Shown here: piece by piece, positions 38,081 to 48,497 of the stretch
How the letters are laid out: each line of letters starts with the position of its first letter
Numbering within the stretch: position 1 is the first letter of the stretch
NCBI GenBank assembly: GCA_963722385.1
Contig: CAVRKK010000002.1
Span: 736,001-800,000, forward strand
Direction: 5' to 3'
From: an uncultured bacterium
GTDB lineage: Bacteria; Babelota; Babeliae; Babelales; Babelaceae
Length of the DNA: 64,000 bases
Position numbers and translations under genes: made by a program
Notes under the pieces: generated by a model
Databases searched by the model: none
What the model saw: the letters and a program-made list of their open reading frames with translations, nothing else
What the model was told of the DNA's origin: nothing

Positions 38081-41065
38081 CTCTAACATTTCCTGGGTAG
38101 AAGGTTGCGGCGAGGCTTCTTTGCCGCGCCTCAATGACGCGTCAAATGTTTCAAGCGGCACCAGCGTCTCCTCGGCACGCGATGACGGAGGTGGCGCCTT
38201 GGCAATGTCTTCCGCCGGCACAAGCCGGGTTTCACGCATATAGTCTTCGACAATATCTGATTCTGCCGAATCTAAGCCAAAAAAGAAGCGCACAATCGGG
38301 TCCTTTTTATTGCCCATGAAGCTTTCATCGACAGGGCGCAAGCCTCCTCTGATCTTACGCGTCGTGTATTCACGCATGCTTGTCCTTCGACGCGGGTCAA
38401 CAATTGTCGGCCTGATAAAAATGCCCAATTCAGTTTCAGTAACGATCTCGCGATCGCCCCGGAAAAACCAGCCTATAATCGGGATGCGGCTCAAGATCGG
38501 CGTTTCTGTTACGAGTTGGAGCTTTTGAGTTTGCGTGAGCCCACCAATAACAAGCACCTGGCCGGGCCCCCGGTGACTACCACCCTTAAGGTTGACACAT
38601 GTTTGCACCTTGCGTGTATTACGCGTGAAGCCGACGTCAGACGTAAATTGCGTGACATCAACCACAACTTCAAGATTAAGCCGATCAACAGAGCTAATGC
38701 GTGGCGTCAAGCTCAAGCTGAGCGTCGCCGGAATATCGCCAATGTTCACCTGAATAGCACCACCCGTCGAGCTCGAGCCATCAGTCTGTGTCCGCCGGAT
38801 AAGGGAGCTATATACCTGAGCATTCGTATTATTAAGAGCAATTAAATGGGGATGGGAGAGCACTTTGGCATGCCCAATGTTGTCTAAAATACTCAAAAGG
38901 CCCCAAATACCCGTGCCCGCCGGATCATTAAAGGAGACCGCAGCGGTTCCCGGCGCTGCCGGAATAATCGTGCCCGTCGTATCGGTAAAGAACCGCAAAA
39001 GGTCACCCGTAATCGTGGTGTCAGCCGGGCAAGCGGCTTGAGCAAGATTTTGCGCCGCCTTGCTAGCACCGGCCAGGCTATCTTTAAGGCTGTTGGTGGC
39101 CTGAGTTGCCTGGCTAAGCGCTTGAGCCTGTGTAGATGCTCCCGCTTTAACGGCATTACCAAGGCTTCCTGCTGCGCTGGCAAAATCATTCGCTGCTTTT
39201 TGCAAGATGTCGCCGGTCAAGAGCTGACTCGCTCCGGAGGCTGCTGCTGCCATACATTCGGCGCTCGTTAAAATGTTGCTCGTAATATGGGCTGCCTGAA
39301 AGCCAGCCCCTGGCAAGAAGTCAAATCTACTCAAATTGCGTACTTGACTGTTGAGCCGTTTATCGAGATCCCGCTCGTAATCGACGATAAGCACTTCGAG
39401 GATAACCTGCAATTGCGGTACATCAAGCTTGTCGACCAATTTTCTGAGCTGTTCCCAGTCGGAAGGCTGGGCCGCTATGAGGAGCCTATTGCCCCCCTTA
39501 TAGACTGTGCCAGCCGTTGATCCCTGGTCAAATTCCGAACCAGCGGCGGCGCCTTGCGCTGGCTGGGGCGACTCAACCGGCTGGTAGGTTTCTGCACGAA
39601 TCACCACGCCTTCAAAAAACCGGCGCGCACCCGAAATCCTCTCTCCCGCCTTTTGTTCGCCAAGGCCTGATGAGGTAACAACACTCGTAAGCACTTCAGC
39701 AAAAGACTGCGCATCAAGGTACTTTAAGTCATAGACATGGAAAATGGAAGTTCCCGAGTCAAGCGGTGCATCCATATATTCTCGCACAAAGCTTTTCAAT
39801 CGATTGACAGGCGCTTCTTTGCCCATAATGATCAGCGTGTTACGCCTGGTATCCGCTACAACGCGTATATTGGTTGAAAAATAAGAGCCAATCGTCGTCT
39901 TTGGCTCATTGCCTATTATTTTATTTCTGCCGGCAACGGCCAAAATTTGCGAATTGAGCAACTCGGCGACATAGTGCGCATTCGCATTATAAAGCTGGAG
40001 GGTAGCAAGAGCGTGCTGTGCACTTGACGAATCAAGCTCGCTGAGAATTTGCAAGGCCGCCGTAACGACACGTGCTTTGTCGGTGATAACGATAGCGTTG
40101 GATACAGGGTCAACAAAAACATTGGTCGGCGCCGATAAAATCTCCTTAAGAATTACCAACACCGGGTTGCTTGCTTGGTCGTCAACCTTGAGATTGGACA
40201 AGTAATATATTGCACGTATAAAAGCATTATTGGCCGGAAGATCTTCAGGAATAAGCTTACTTGTTGTATCAAAAACGTAGAGCGGAAGCTCATTCGTTTG
40301 CGCTTCCTTGCTCTTGATAATAACCGTAAAATCTTCGTTCGGCGATCGCGTATACCCGACATAATCCAAAAATAGATCAAGATACTTTTCTGCTTCATCA
40401 ATCGTCAAGAGCCGACCTGGCTTAAACGTAATTTTTTGCTTAAGAGCAGCGGTTTGTTGCGGTACAATAATATTGAGCTTTGTTTTACGTGCAAATCGCC
40501 TGATTACATCGGTCAAATCAGCATTATCAAACGTAAAATCAATCAAATCTTCTGGTGTTTTAACTACTTTTTGTGGCACTTGTTTGGCGGTAACCGGAAC
40601 AGCTGCTTTTGCCGCTTGTGCTTTTTTTGTCGGCCCGCGCACTTCTTTCCAGGCGCTCACCACAGGTGGCCCAGCAGCGGCTTTTTTGGCCTTTTCTGCA
40701 GCCTCTTTTTTTTGCGCTGCCGCTTCCTTTTTTGCTTTTCGAGCTGCCGCTCTCTTTTTGGTAGCAGGCTCTTTTACTTTTGCTTCTTGTTCTTTTTTGG
40801 CTTGGGCAGGCTCTACCGGCTTAGGTGCCGCAGCTGGCTGTGCTGGTTTCACTGGCACTGTCGGTGCTACCGGTGCAGGAGGCGTAACCGGCTGCGCTGG
40901 TGTCACGGGCGGTGTAACGGGTACCGCCGGCTTCGCTGGCGTTTCAGGCACCGGCTGCCATTTTACGACAGGAGGGGGCGCCCCATTTTCAGCAGCATGA
41001 ATCGCCTGGCCACATCCTAGAGCGAGTAGTATGATAATATTTTTCTTAAGTGTATTGTTTACCAT
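38048..41065 (-). CDS. gspD: Type II secretion secretin (GspD-like), copy 2
   Basis: N0 (FDNADL), N domains (ADTRRNTLII), QVILEVLIV and PILSRIPIIGWFF secretin signature; long Pro/Ala/Lys N-terminus. Confidence 0.85.
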   Translation of the reverse strand: MVNNTLKKNIIILLALGCGQAIHAAENGAPPPVVKWQPVPETPAKPAVPVTPPVTPAQPVTPPAPVAPTVPVKPAQPAAAPKPVEPAQAKKEQEAKVKEPATKKRAAARKAKKEAAAQKKEAAEKAKKAAAGPPVVSAWKEVRGPTKKAQAAKAAVPVTAKQVPQKVVKTPEDLIDFTFDNADLTDVIRRFARKTKLNIIVPQQTAALKQKITFKPGRLLTIDEAEKYLDLFLDYVGYTRSPNEDFTVIIKSKEAQTNELPLYVFDTTSKLIPEDLPANNAFIRAIYYLSNLKVDDQASNPVLVILKEILSAPTNVFVDPVSNAIVITDKARVVTAALQILSELDSSSAQHALATLQLYNANAHYVAELLNSQILAVAGRNKIIGNEPKTTIGSYFSTNIRVVADTRRNTLIIMGKEAPVNRLKSFVREYMDAPLDSGTSIFHVYDLKYLDAQSFAEVLTSVVTSSGLGEQKAGERISGARRFFEGVVIRAETYQPVESPQPAQGAAAGSEFDQGSTAGTVYKGGNRLLIAAQPSDWEQLRKLVDKLDVPQLQVILEVLIVDYERDLDKRLNSQVRNLSRFDFLPGAGFQAAHITSNILTSAECMAAAASGASQLLTGDILQKAANDFASAAGSLGNAVKAGASTQAQALSQATQATNSLKDSLAGASKAAQNLAQAACPADTTITGDLLRFFTDTTGTIIPAAPGTAAVSFNDPAGTGIWGLLSILDNIGHAKVLSHPHLIALNNTNAQVYSSLIRRTQTDGSSSTGGAIQVNIGDIPATLSLSLTPRISSVDRLNLEVVVDVTQFTSDVGFTRNTRKVQTCVNLKGGSHRGPGQVLVIGGLTQTQKLQLVTETPILSRIPIIGWFFRGDREIVTETELGIFIRPTIVDPRRRTSMREYTTRKIRGGLRPVDESFMGNKKDPIVRFFFGLDSAESDIVEDYMRETRLVPAEDIAKAPPPSSRAEETLVPLETFDASLRRGKEASPQPSTQEMLELQQEAIAARD

Positions 41066-41071
41066 TGCTTA

Positions 41072-41623
41072 TTATGATGTCAATTTAGGTTGTAAAGTAG
41101 CAATTACCAATGTCACATCGAGCAGTGATGCTTTGGGCGATTTTATCAGCACAAGCTCCTTTGGATAAACACGGTCATTTTTTTCAATCTTATAGAGAAG
41201 CTCCGCCACCTGCTTCATGTTCATCTCTTTAAAGCTACTATCAAGCTGCACTTCCTCATAGCCGTTATTCAAATCACTTTCAGCAACCGTTGGCTCTTTG
41301 CTCATATGGTTGCTCAGCCCAAGCTCTTTAACCAGCAGGTCAAAATATTGGGGAATTTTAAAATTTTTGTCTTTGGCAAGAATCTCGTCCACCGTAGCGC
41401 GCTGCTGATTAATCAAACGATACTCTTGCAAAATAGCGCGCGCTTCCTCGCGCTGCTGATTAATGCGCCTCAGTCGTTGTTCAAGTGCCCCAATACGACG
41501 CCGTTGAAAAAAAATAAGTGCTCCCAGAAGCAAGAGAAAAATACCAAGAAATATCCCTAAATATTGGTAAAATTGCTTTTTCTCAAGCTCTTGTAAAAAA
41601 TTTCTAAATCCTGCTACCGTCAT
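41072..41623 (-). CDS. Type II secretion GspM-like protein
   Basis: Single TM, coiled coil and ferredoxin-like C-terminus; follows the GspL-like gene. Confidence 0.7.
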   Translation of the reverse strand: MTVAGFRNFLQELEKKQFYQYLGIFLGIFLLLLGALIFFQRRRIGALEQRLRRINQQREEARAILQEYRLINQQRATVDEILAKDKNFKIPQYFDLLVKELGLSNHMSKEPTVAESDLNNGYEEVQLDSSFKEMNMKQVAELLYKIEKNDRVYPKELVLIKSPKASLLDVTLVIATLQPKLTS

Positions 41624-43197
41624 GATGCTCCACCCAAACTTTTAGCAAGAATTAGTTTAGCTGAAAATGTAAGCTCTTGTAAGCGAGACACGCTCGTAAA
41701 GAGCTTTGATCGCCTTAGGTCTTCTTCCAGCTGCTTGAGGGCTTCATAATCCTTTACCTTACCTTCGAGATTTAGCGAGTCTTCGGTGAGCGTTAATCTC
41801 GTCAATACAAGCCCCAGCCCATCAGCATCGATACGCGTACTCAATTCTTGGAGGTACATCAAAAAAGATGCTCTGTTCTGCGTCGATAGTGCAAACCAAA
41901 TATTCTTTTCGCGCGCTACTTCGGCCCGCGATGCCTTTATGGCCATGTCAAGCGACGCGCTCTTGACACGCGGCACAATCGCTGGAAGCTCCTTCTTGAG
42001 CCGATCGACTGCCTCTTTTTCTGATTTTTGAATTTCTTGACGTAACCGCCGCGCATTAAACAGTCCATGCGCTACCAGCGAACAGATCGTGAGCACCATA
42101 AGCGCGATTGCGGTAATAAGCTGGCGGTTCAACAGTGTATCTTGGGCGACAATTTCAGGAGCTCGATAAAGGTTAAAGTCCTGGCTGGCGGGAAGGGCCA
42201 AGCTGGCGCTCGTGCTTATCACCGACTTATTAGGGATGCCGTGGTTTCCCTTAAGCTTAGCAAGATTGTGCTGCACCAAGGCTTGGCCGACGAGCGTATC
42301 GCACGGCAATCCCGTAATCTGTTCAATAAGAGCAGGCAGTCCCTTAACATCTGCTGCGGGCCCCATGAGCAGAATTTTTTGTAATTTTTCATCCTCAGGC
42401 ACGCGAACCGTAAAAGCCTCCAGTGTAAATTGTACGTCGCCTAAAAATGTCGCGGCAGATGCGCTATCATCTGGTGAAAGGGCGCTGTGCATCAGCTGCT
42501 CAAGATTGCCATTCTTAAGCCGAGCAAGCGCGGCAAGACCATGAGGCAAAAATCGAACAGCCTTCAATTGCTGCTGCACAATAACTTCTAAACGACTACT
42601 ATTCGTTCCCACGTAAAACAGAAGGATATTCCCATCCGCAATTTTGGGGTAGAGCGCTTTATAGAGAGCATATAATTCAATGGCATCGACGGTGGCCCTC
42701 GTTGGGAGTAAACCAGCGGCTTCGTAAGGAGCAAATTGCTCAGCAAGTGTTTCATGCTTAATAGCCACTGCCATCACCACCGAATGGTCCGCTTGCATGC
42801 TCGTAGTTATACAGTCTACCGTCGCCTCGCTTAAAGCAAAGGGCAGCAAGGGCTCAATTTCGAATGGTAACACGAGCTTGATTTTTTCAGGACTGGTAAA
42901 CGGCAAGCGTAACTCCTTAAAAATCACCGTGTTGGCCGGCATAACGATCGAAAGCTGACTGTAGCGACCAACTGATGAGAAAGCTTGGGTCAACGCGCTT
43001 GCAGCCCGCTCAGCGTAAGACTTTGTTGCATCATCTTCAAGAGGCACCTCAATAATCTGCTCAATGGTTCTCACCCTGCCCGCTATCTTCGTCGCGGTGA
43101 GCCGGACATGATTCTTCGTGAGCTGGCAAGCAACCAATCGCTGTGCAAAAACGTAATAGTCACCAATCTGGTCAGGTAAAAAAAGGGAGCGGATCAT
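41620..43197 (-). CDS. Type II secretion GspL / PilM-PilN-like protein
   Basis: Actin-like domain (LRLPF...LPFEIEPLLPF), TM helix, PilN-like LNLEGKVKDYEAL. Confidence 0.78.
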   Translation of the reverse strand: MIRSLFLPDQIGDYYVFAQRLVACQLTKNHVRLTATKIAGRVRTIEQIIEVPLEDDATKSYAERAASALTQAFSSVGRYSQLSIVMPANTVIFKELRLPFTSPEKIKLVLPFEIEPLLPFALSEATVDCITTSMQADHSVVMAVAIKHETLAEQFAPYEAAGLLPTRATVDAIELYALYKALYPKIADGNILLFYVGTNSSRLEVIVQQQLKAVRFLPHGLAALARLKNGNLEQLMHSALSPDDSASAATFLGDVQFTLEAFTVRVPEDEKLQKILLMGPAADVKGLPALIEQITGLPCDTLVGQALVQHNLAKLKGNHGIPNKSVISTSASLALPASQDFNLYRAPEIVAQDTLLNRQLITAIALMVLTICSLVAHGLFNARRLRQEIQKSEKEAVDRLKKELPAIVPRVKSASLDMAIKASRAEVAREKNIWFALSTQNRASFLMYLQELSTRIDADGLGLVLTRLTLTEDSLNLEGKVKDYEALKQLEEDLRRSKLFTSVSRLQELTFSAKLILAKSLGGAS

Positions 43198-46169
43198 GGG
43201 CAGACCTCAGGTGTACGTTTTTGGACAAAGTCATACAATTTTTTTGTCCTTATGGCACCAGGTGGCTTGAGGCTTTGGCTACCCTTGATCGGCGATGGCG
43301 GGGGCGGTTGAGCGGGCAAGGCGCACGGGCGATTAATTAAGAAATTTTCGATCGGGTCACGCAATGGCTGCTCAAAAGACTCAGGGGGTGAGCCTATAGC
43401 CATTTCTGGTGGCATCGTCGGCGGCTGGCCTTTCCTACGCCCTCGCAGACGCGGTGGTGGCGGACCCATTGGTCCTGGTGGTAGTTCCGCCATCGGCGGC
43501 ATTCCCTCGCCTTCTGGGGCACGCGCCATTCTGCCGCGCATACGGACTGCAGTCTTTCGCCTTTTCTTGCGCTCTTTTTGATCAGCAGTTGGGTTTGAGT
43601 TAAAGTTTCTCATCAGAGCGCCTATTTGATCAATATCGTCCTCAAAGAACCATCGATGAATAGGGTCCTGCAATTGCTCATCACACATCATGGAATCAAG
43701 CAAGTTTTGGGCACTTGTCATTTGTGAATTGGTAAAGGCTTCTATTCTATTAGAGGCATGAGGGTTAATCACTTCTGCCGAAATCAGAATAAGCAAGCTT
43801 GCTTTTTGGACGGATTTTCGCCTGCTTTTGAAGAACCAGCCAAGGACCGGAATATCGCCAAATATCGGCACCTTAAACTCGCTCTCTGATATAACGTCCT
43901 GCGTCAATCCGCCGAGAGCAAGCACCTGATTGTCTTCTACAATCACCGACGTGGTAATACGCTTATCGTCTCTATTGCCCTGTGATGGGTTATCAGACGG
44001 TACGGCGGTATTGCTGGCGGCAAGAGTGAACGTACTGCTATCAACCGTCACCGTAAGCGTTATCAGGCCATCAGGGCTTATCTGCGGCATGATATCAAGT
44101 GTCAAGCCAGCCTCTAAGTCGCCAAAAGTTGGCACACTCGTATTCGAGCCACCAACGATCGTCGATGTTATAACGTGGCGAACCTCGGTGATCTGTATCT
44201 GAGCATTATACTTATGCGTCGTGACGATGAATGGTTTTGCAACGATCGAAGTATTCAAATAGCTTTGCAGAACTTTAAAGAGGCCCCAAACGCCAAAAGC
44301 ATCGGTGCCCAAGGTCACGAGCGTCGACCCAACGACGTTTGAGCTTGCAAGGTCTACCAGGTTACCCAATAATCGGACAGCGCCGCCCATACCCGGTGGC
44401 TTGGTCGAATCGTTGACCACAATTGACGAATTGGCACCATTGAGTGGCAAGCCAGATGTTTGAAAGTTAACATCCGGGCTGAGCGAGCCATCAAGCGTTG
44501 GTTTGCGGTTACGAAGCTGCATGCCAAACTGCCGACTATTGGTCGCATTAACATTAAGAACGAGCACGCGTATAGCAACCTGCGGCTGCTCCGTATCAAC
44601 TTTTTGAAGCAACTCGTAAATTTGCAGGTAATCATCATAGTCAGCATTGATAATTAAGCTATTAGTCGACTTTTCAGCCGTTACCGTTACCGTTGGCTTG
44701 AGGAACTTAGTGCCACCAATAACACCTCCAAATTGGGTTACGCCCGCGGCGCTCTCGGGACTAAAGCCCTTAAGCTCATTAACAATCTGAGCCATTGCCT
44801 CGGCATCGATATATTTAAGCGGGTAGACATGCAATGGGGAGTAGGGCAAATCAATTTCTTTATCAATCTCTTTACGCACAAAGAGCTCTATTTTTTCAAC
44901 ATTACTTCGCGGCCCGAGAAGTATCAGCGAATTAGTACGTGCATCGGCAATAACACGCACGTTTTCGGTAAAGTAAGCAACCGTCGATTGCTTTCTGCCC
45001 CCCGGGCTTAAACGTGCCAGGAGCGACGTTTCCTCTTTTACGAGCGCATCATAGAGCGCTTTTACCTTAGTTGCATCGGCATTTTCCAATTTGATGATAA
45101 CGAGCGTCTCGGGCAACGTTGGCTTGTCGAGCTCCTTAAGAATAGCCAGGATTGACCGGATATTGCTCGAGCGGTCAGCCAAAATAAGCGCATTGAGATC
45201 TTCGATAAGAATTGGCTGCCCCGCGATGGCACTCTTTAAATTGTCAGCAACATTTTTAATAACAGCAGGCGTCGTATTTTGAATAAAGTACACATAACGA
45301 ATTTTAACATCATTTGTTGGCAAGAGATTATAATCGATGCCGATAAACGTAGGCACCGGGTCCTTGCTCGTACTGAATGTTGAAGCGCGTGCGTTATTGG
45401 TGATAAGATATGCCCGCTCTTCAGGCCCTGGAATAATCATCAAGCCCGCGAGATCAAGAAACTTAACAAAGAAGTTCCATGCTTGTTTCTTATTAAGCGC
45501 AGCCTCAGTCCTAAAAGAAAATTTAACTCCGGTAACCAAGCGCGCACCGGGTTCAGGTGGCTTAATAATATCATCGAGTATAAACGTAAGCTCGTACTGC
45601 TTTTCAAAATAACGAATGAGGTTGATCAGCTCGGCATTTTCAAAATTTATATCAATCTTTTTTTCACCCTTGACATACTCCCATGGGTTAAGAAACTGGC
45701 CCAGGTACGCGTAATTGGCAAGCGGTGTTTCAGCTCGTTCTTCTTCTTGTTCTTCGATTTCCGTTTCAGCTTCTTCGTTGATTTTTTCTTCGAGATCACG
45801 CATCACTTTTTCAGCTTCCTCAATTCCCGTCATCGGTTCGCTCAATATGACCGGCGCGTGCTTTTCTTCCTCCTTAAAGTCAAAGGTAACTGATAAAGCA
45901 GGCAGTGGGGGCACGATGGTATTCAGTCTTTCATGAAGCTGTTGCAATAATCCCTCTTTGCTGGCAATCTCTTCTTTCAGCTTTTCAAGAAATGCCATAT
46001 TTTTGCTTTTAACCCAGCTTCTTACTTCAGGGGCGGTTGCGGCCCTAAAGATCTCGTGATCAACGCCTTCCTGAATTTCCAATGCACGGGTATCGGCAAA
46101 GCCGATCACACTGATGACCATCAATAAAAGGTACCAATTTTTACCTAAGCTATTCATTGCAATTCGCAT
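43194..46169 (-). CDS. gspD: Type II secretion secretin (GspD-like), copy 1
   Basis: INFENAEL, ADARTNSLIL, QVAIRVLVL and KVPIFGDIPVLGWFF; Pro/Arg-rich C-terminal tail. Confidence 0.88.
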   Translation of the reverse strand: MRIAMNSLGKNWYLLLMVISVIGFADTRALEIQEGVDHEIFRAATAPEVRSWVKSKNMAFLEKLKEEIASKEGLLQQLHERLNTIVPPLPALSVTFDFKEEEKHAPVILSEPMTGIEEAEKVMRDLEEKINEEAETEIEEQEEERAETPLANYAYLGQFLNPWEYVKGEKKIDINFENAELINLIRYFEKQYELTFILDDIIKPPEPGARLVTGVKFSFRTEAALNKKQAWNFFVKFLDLAGLMIIPGPEERAYLITNNARASTFSTSKDPVPTFIGIDYNLLPTNDVKIRYVYFIQNTTPAVIKNVADNLKSAIAGQPILIEDLNALILADRSSNIRSILAILKELDKPTLPETLVIIKLENADATKVKALYDALVKEETSLLARLSPGGRKQSTVAYFTENVRVIADARTNSLILLGPRSNVEKIELFVRKEIDKEIDLPYSPLHVYPLKYIDAEAMAQIVNELKGFSPESAAGVTQFGGVIGGTKFLKPTVTVTAEKSTNSLIINADYDDYLQIYELLQKVDTEQPQVAIRVLVLNVNATNSRQFGMQLRNRKPTLDGSLSPDVNFQTSGLPLNGANSSIVVNDSTKPPGMGGAVRLLGNLVDLASSNVVGSTLVTLGTDAFGVWGLFKVLQSYLNTSIVAKPFIVTTHKYNAQIQITEVRHVITSTIVGGSNTSVPTFGDLEAGLTLDIMPQISPDGLITLTVTVDSSTFTLAASNTAVPSDNPSQGNRDDKRITTSVIVEDNQVLALGGLTQDVISESEFKVPIFGDIPVLGWFFKSRRKSVQKASLLILISAEVINPHASNRIEAFTNSQMTSAQNLLDSMMCDEQLQDPIHRWFFEDDIDQIGALMRNFNSNPTADQKERKKRRKTAVRMRGRMARAPEGEGMPPMAELPPGPMGPPPPRLRGRRKGQPPTMPPEMAIGSPPESFEQPLRDPIENFLINRPCALPAQPPPPSPIKGSQSLKPPGAIRTKKLYDFVQKRTPEVCP

Positions 46170-47251
46170 TACTTCTGGGGTATTCGCTGTAGTAGTGCCT
46201 CATGGCTTCCAAATTTTCTCATAGCTGCTTGATCTCTTTTTTGTATTTCATATGCTGCTGGTGGTAGATGGGCAAGCGAGCTTGCTTCCATCGCTCTGGG
46301 TAGCTCGCTTTGCAAGCTGAGTGGTTTTGCTGAACTTATGTGCTGCAGTATCACCACGAGCTCATGTACTTTTTCTTGCCGCAGCAGCCGTACTCGTATT
46401 GTTTGGCCCAAGGTAGCATTCTTCAATGACTGGTAAGCGGTTACGCGCTCCTGGGTTGTCGCAAGCGGCATGTTATTAACGTGAGTTACTATATCGCCGG
46501 TCTGCAAGCCGAGTGCGTAGCCCAGTGATTGGTCAGGCATTCGACCAATATGGCAGCCAATGCTTACATCGCGCTCAAATGCTGTCGTCATATCAAGCAT
46601 ATCGACAAATTGCGCTACGCTGGTTATTTTGCTTTTCAGTATATCTGGATCAATGGCATACGACCAGTCGGTAATTTTTTGCACGGTTTTCTCCCATGAC
46701 GTATCATGCGCAAAAACTGGGTCTTCTGATGCGTCCTGCGCCGTCAAGAAGAGCGTTTCTTGCTGGCCATTAGAGCGTATAAAGATGACTTTATCGCGCT
46801 CAATTCTAATAATTTCGGCGTCTTCTAGTATACCACCAACTGCATAAATCTCTTCTTTTTTAGTTTTTTCATCGGCAATAATTGCTCTATTGTCTTGCTC
46901 ATCACTGCTCGTGATTATACCTTTCAAGCTTATTTTGAGCGGCTCGAGAAATTCTATGCGCGGCTGGGGCAGCGGCATCGGCATCAGCGGGATAGGCGGA
47001 GGCGGCGGCACGACGTTCACTTTTTCTGGTTCGATTGGTTTAAGTGGCGGCTTATAGGTATTAAAGAGGTCATTATTGTAGATACGGCTTAAGTCGATGG
47101 GGAAAAAGGGTTTTTTGGCAGGCGCAACAGCGGCGCTCGGTGTAAGCGATTTACGAGCTGGAGGCGCTTTTCTGGTAAAAAAAATAACACATAAAACGAG
47201 GAGCCAAAGGAGCGCTAGGCTCGAAGTGAGCACCCAGAGTGGATTTCTCAT
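46169..47251 (-). CDS. gspC: Type II secretion GspC (TM, HR domain, PDZ)
   Basis: AAGGAG RBS, ISLKGII...RAII HR domain, LGLQTGDIVTHVN PDZ motif. Confidence 0.85.
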   Translation of the reverse strand: MRNPLWVLTSSLALLWLLVLCVIFFTRKAPPARKSLTPSAAVAPAKKPFFPIDLSRIYNNDLFNTYKPPLKPIEPEKVNVVPPPPPIPLMPMPLPQPRIEFLEPLKISLKGIITSSDEQDNRAIIADEKTKKEEIYAVGGILEDAEIIRIERDKVIFIRSNGQQETLFLTAQDASEDPVFAHDTSWEKTVQKITDWSYAIDPDILKSKITSVAQFVDMLDMTTAFERDVSIGCHIGRMPDQSLGYALGLQTGDIVTHVNNMPLATTQERVTAYQSLKNATLGQTIRVRLLRQEKVHELVVILQHISSAKPLSLQSELPRAMEASSLAHLPPAAYEIQKRDQAAMRKFGSHEALLQRIPQK

Positions 47252-47400
47252 ACTCTCCTTTGTTTGAGCTCTGCATACCAATGCAACAAGACAATACTCT
47301 CGTTGAATAACAAATTTGTCAAGATACATCTCCACTTTCTAAAGCTATCACAGTATAGCCGAGCAACGCCTTCTTTAAAAGAGGCAATTTTTGAGGGGGA

Positions 47401-47736
47401 GGCCTCCGCGGTTTCGCCAAGACTCACCTACGCAGTGGGCGCGACTCCGCGTCGAGCGGCAGGGCGGCGGCCCTGCACCCACACCAATATATACGAGCGC
47501 AATGCTCATTTTCGCTGTCATGAATGCCGTAACCATGCGGAGCGCATGATTTTACGGCAAACGCAATTTTCCTGACGGAAAATAGATTTTTATCATGGAG
47601 CGTAGCGAACATGATAATGGCGTAAGTTATCGTACGCTTTTGCGTACGATAACTACTCACCAAGCTTATAAGCATTAAGCATAACGCATCGGGATTGTTA
47701 AGGGACGCTGTCCCTTAACCGCTAGCCGCGCAGGCG
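47401..47736 (+). repeat. REP/MITE-like modular hairpin element, copy 3
   Basis: Contains GCAGGGCGGCGGCCCTGCACCC and the CATGCG-CGCATG...ACGGCAAACGCAATT block; ends CCGCGCAGGCG. Confidence 0.75.
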
Positions 47737-47753
47737 ATTCTATTCGCTACTTG

Positions 47754-48497
47754 CTATAACACTGAAATTGGTCCCGTGGGCAAACCGCGAACAAACTGAT
47801 AGATATACGGATTATGGGACTGCCACAGCGAATGCGCAGGGCCGAAGAACTTAATCGTCCCCTCGTGTAAAAGCGCAACGTTATCCACGTACTTGAAAAT
47901 TTCGGTGTCATGCGATATTACCAACGAGGTAACCCCCAAATTTTTCTGCATCGCATACATAAGCTCATGGACAATACGCGTGTTGATGGGATCAAGCCCG
48001 GTTGTTGGCTCATCGTAAAGAATTACCTTAGGGTTAAGCATGAGTGTTCGCGCGATCCCGACACGCTTGCGCATGCCACCTGATAACTCCGAAGGGTACT
48101 TATGCAAAATGTCAGGGGCCAAATTGACAAGCGCCAGCTTTTCTTGAACAAGTGGAATTACCTCTTCGAAAGGCGCGCCATTCTCACTTAAGGGCAACGC
48201 AACGTTTTCAGCAATCGTGAGCGAGTCCAAGAGCGCAGCAAATTGAAAAACATAGCCGCATTTTCTAAAAATTTGTTGCAACTCTTTGCCTTTAAGCTGG
48301 GTCACCTTGACGCCATCAATAATGATATCTCCCGAGGTCGGCTTGATAAGGCCCACGATTTGCTTGAGCAATACTGATTTTCCCTCACCGGACCTACCAA
48401 TAATACAGGTCATTTGACCAGCCGGTATGGTCAAGTTAACGCCAGCAGTAACCCAACGATCAGCAAATTTTTTTTTAAGATCAATGATCTGTATCAT
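47754..48497 (-). CDS. mlaF: MlaF/Mkl-type ABC transporter ATPase
   Basis: GRSGEGKS, LSGGMRKRVG, ILYDEPTTGLDP. Confidence 0.9.
   Translation of the reverse strand: MIQIIDLKKKFADRWVTAGVNLTIPAGQMTCIIGRSGEGKSVLLKQIVGLIKPTSGDIIIDGVKVTQLKGKELQQIFRKCGYVFQFAALLDSLTIAENVALPLSENGAPFEEVIPLVQEKLALVNLAPDILHKYPSELSGGMRKRVGIARTLMLNPKVILYDEPTTGLDPINTRIVHELMYAMQKNLGVTSLVISHDTEIFKYVDNVALLHEGTIKFFGPAHSLWQSHNPYIYQFVRGLPTGPISVL

Noticed and set aside
40436..41020. Long antisense ORFs opposite secretin 2 and other genes
   Set aside because: Shadow frames of low-complexity or biased coding sequence, with no independent motifs.
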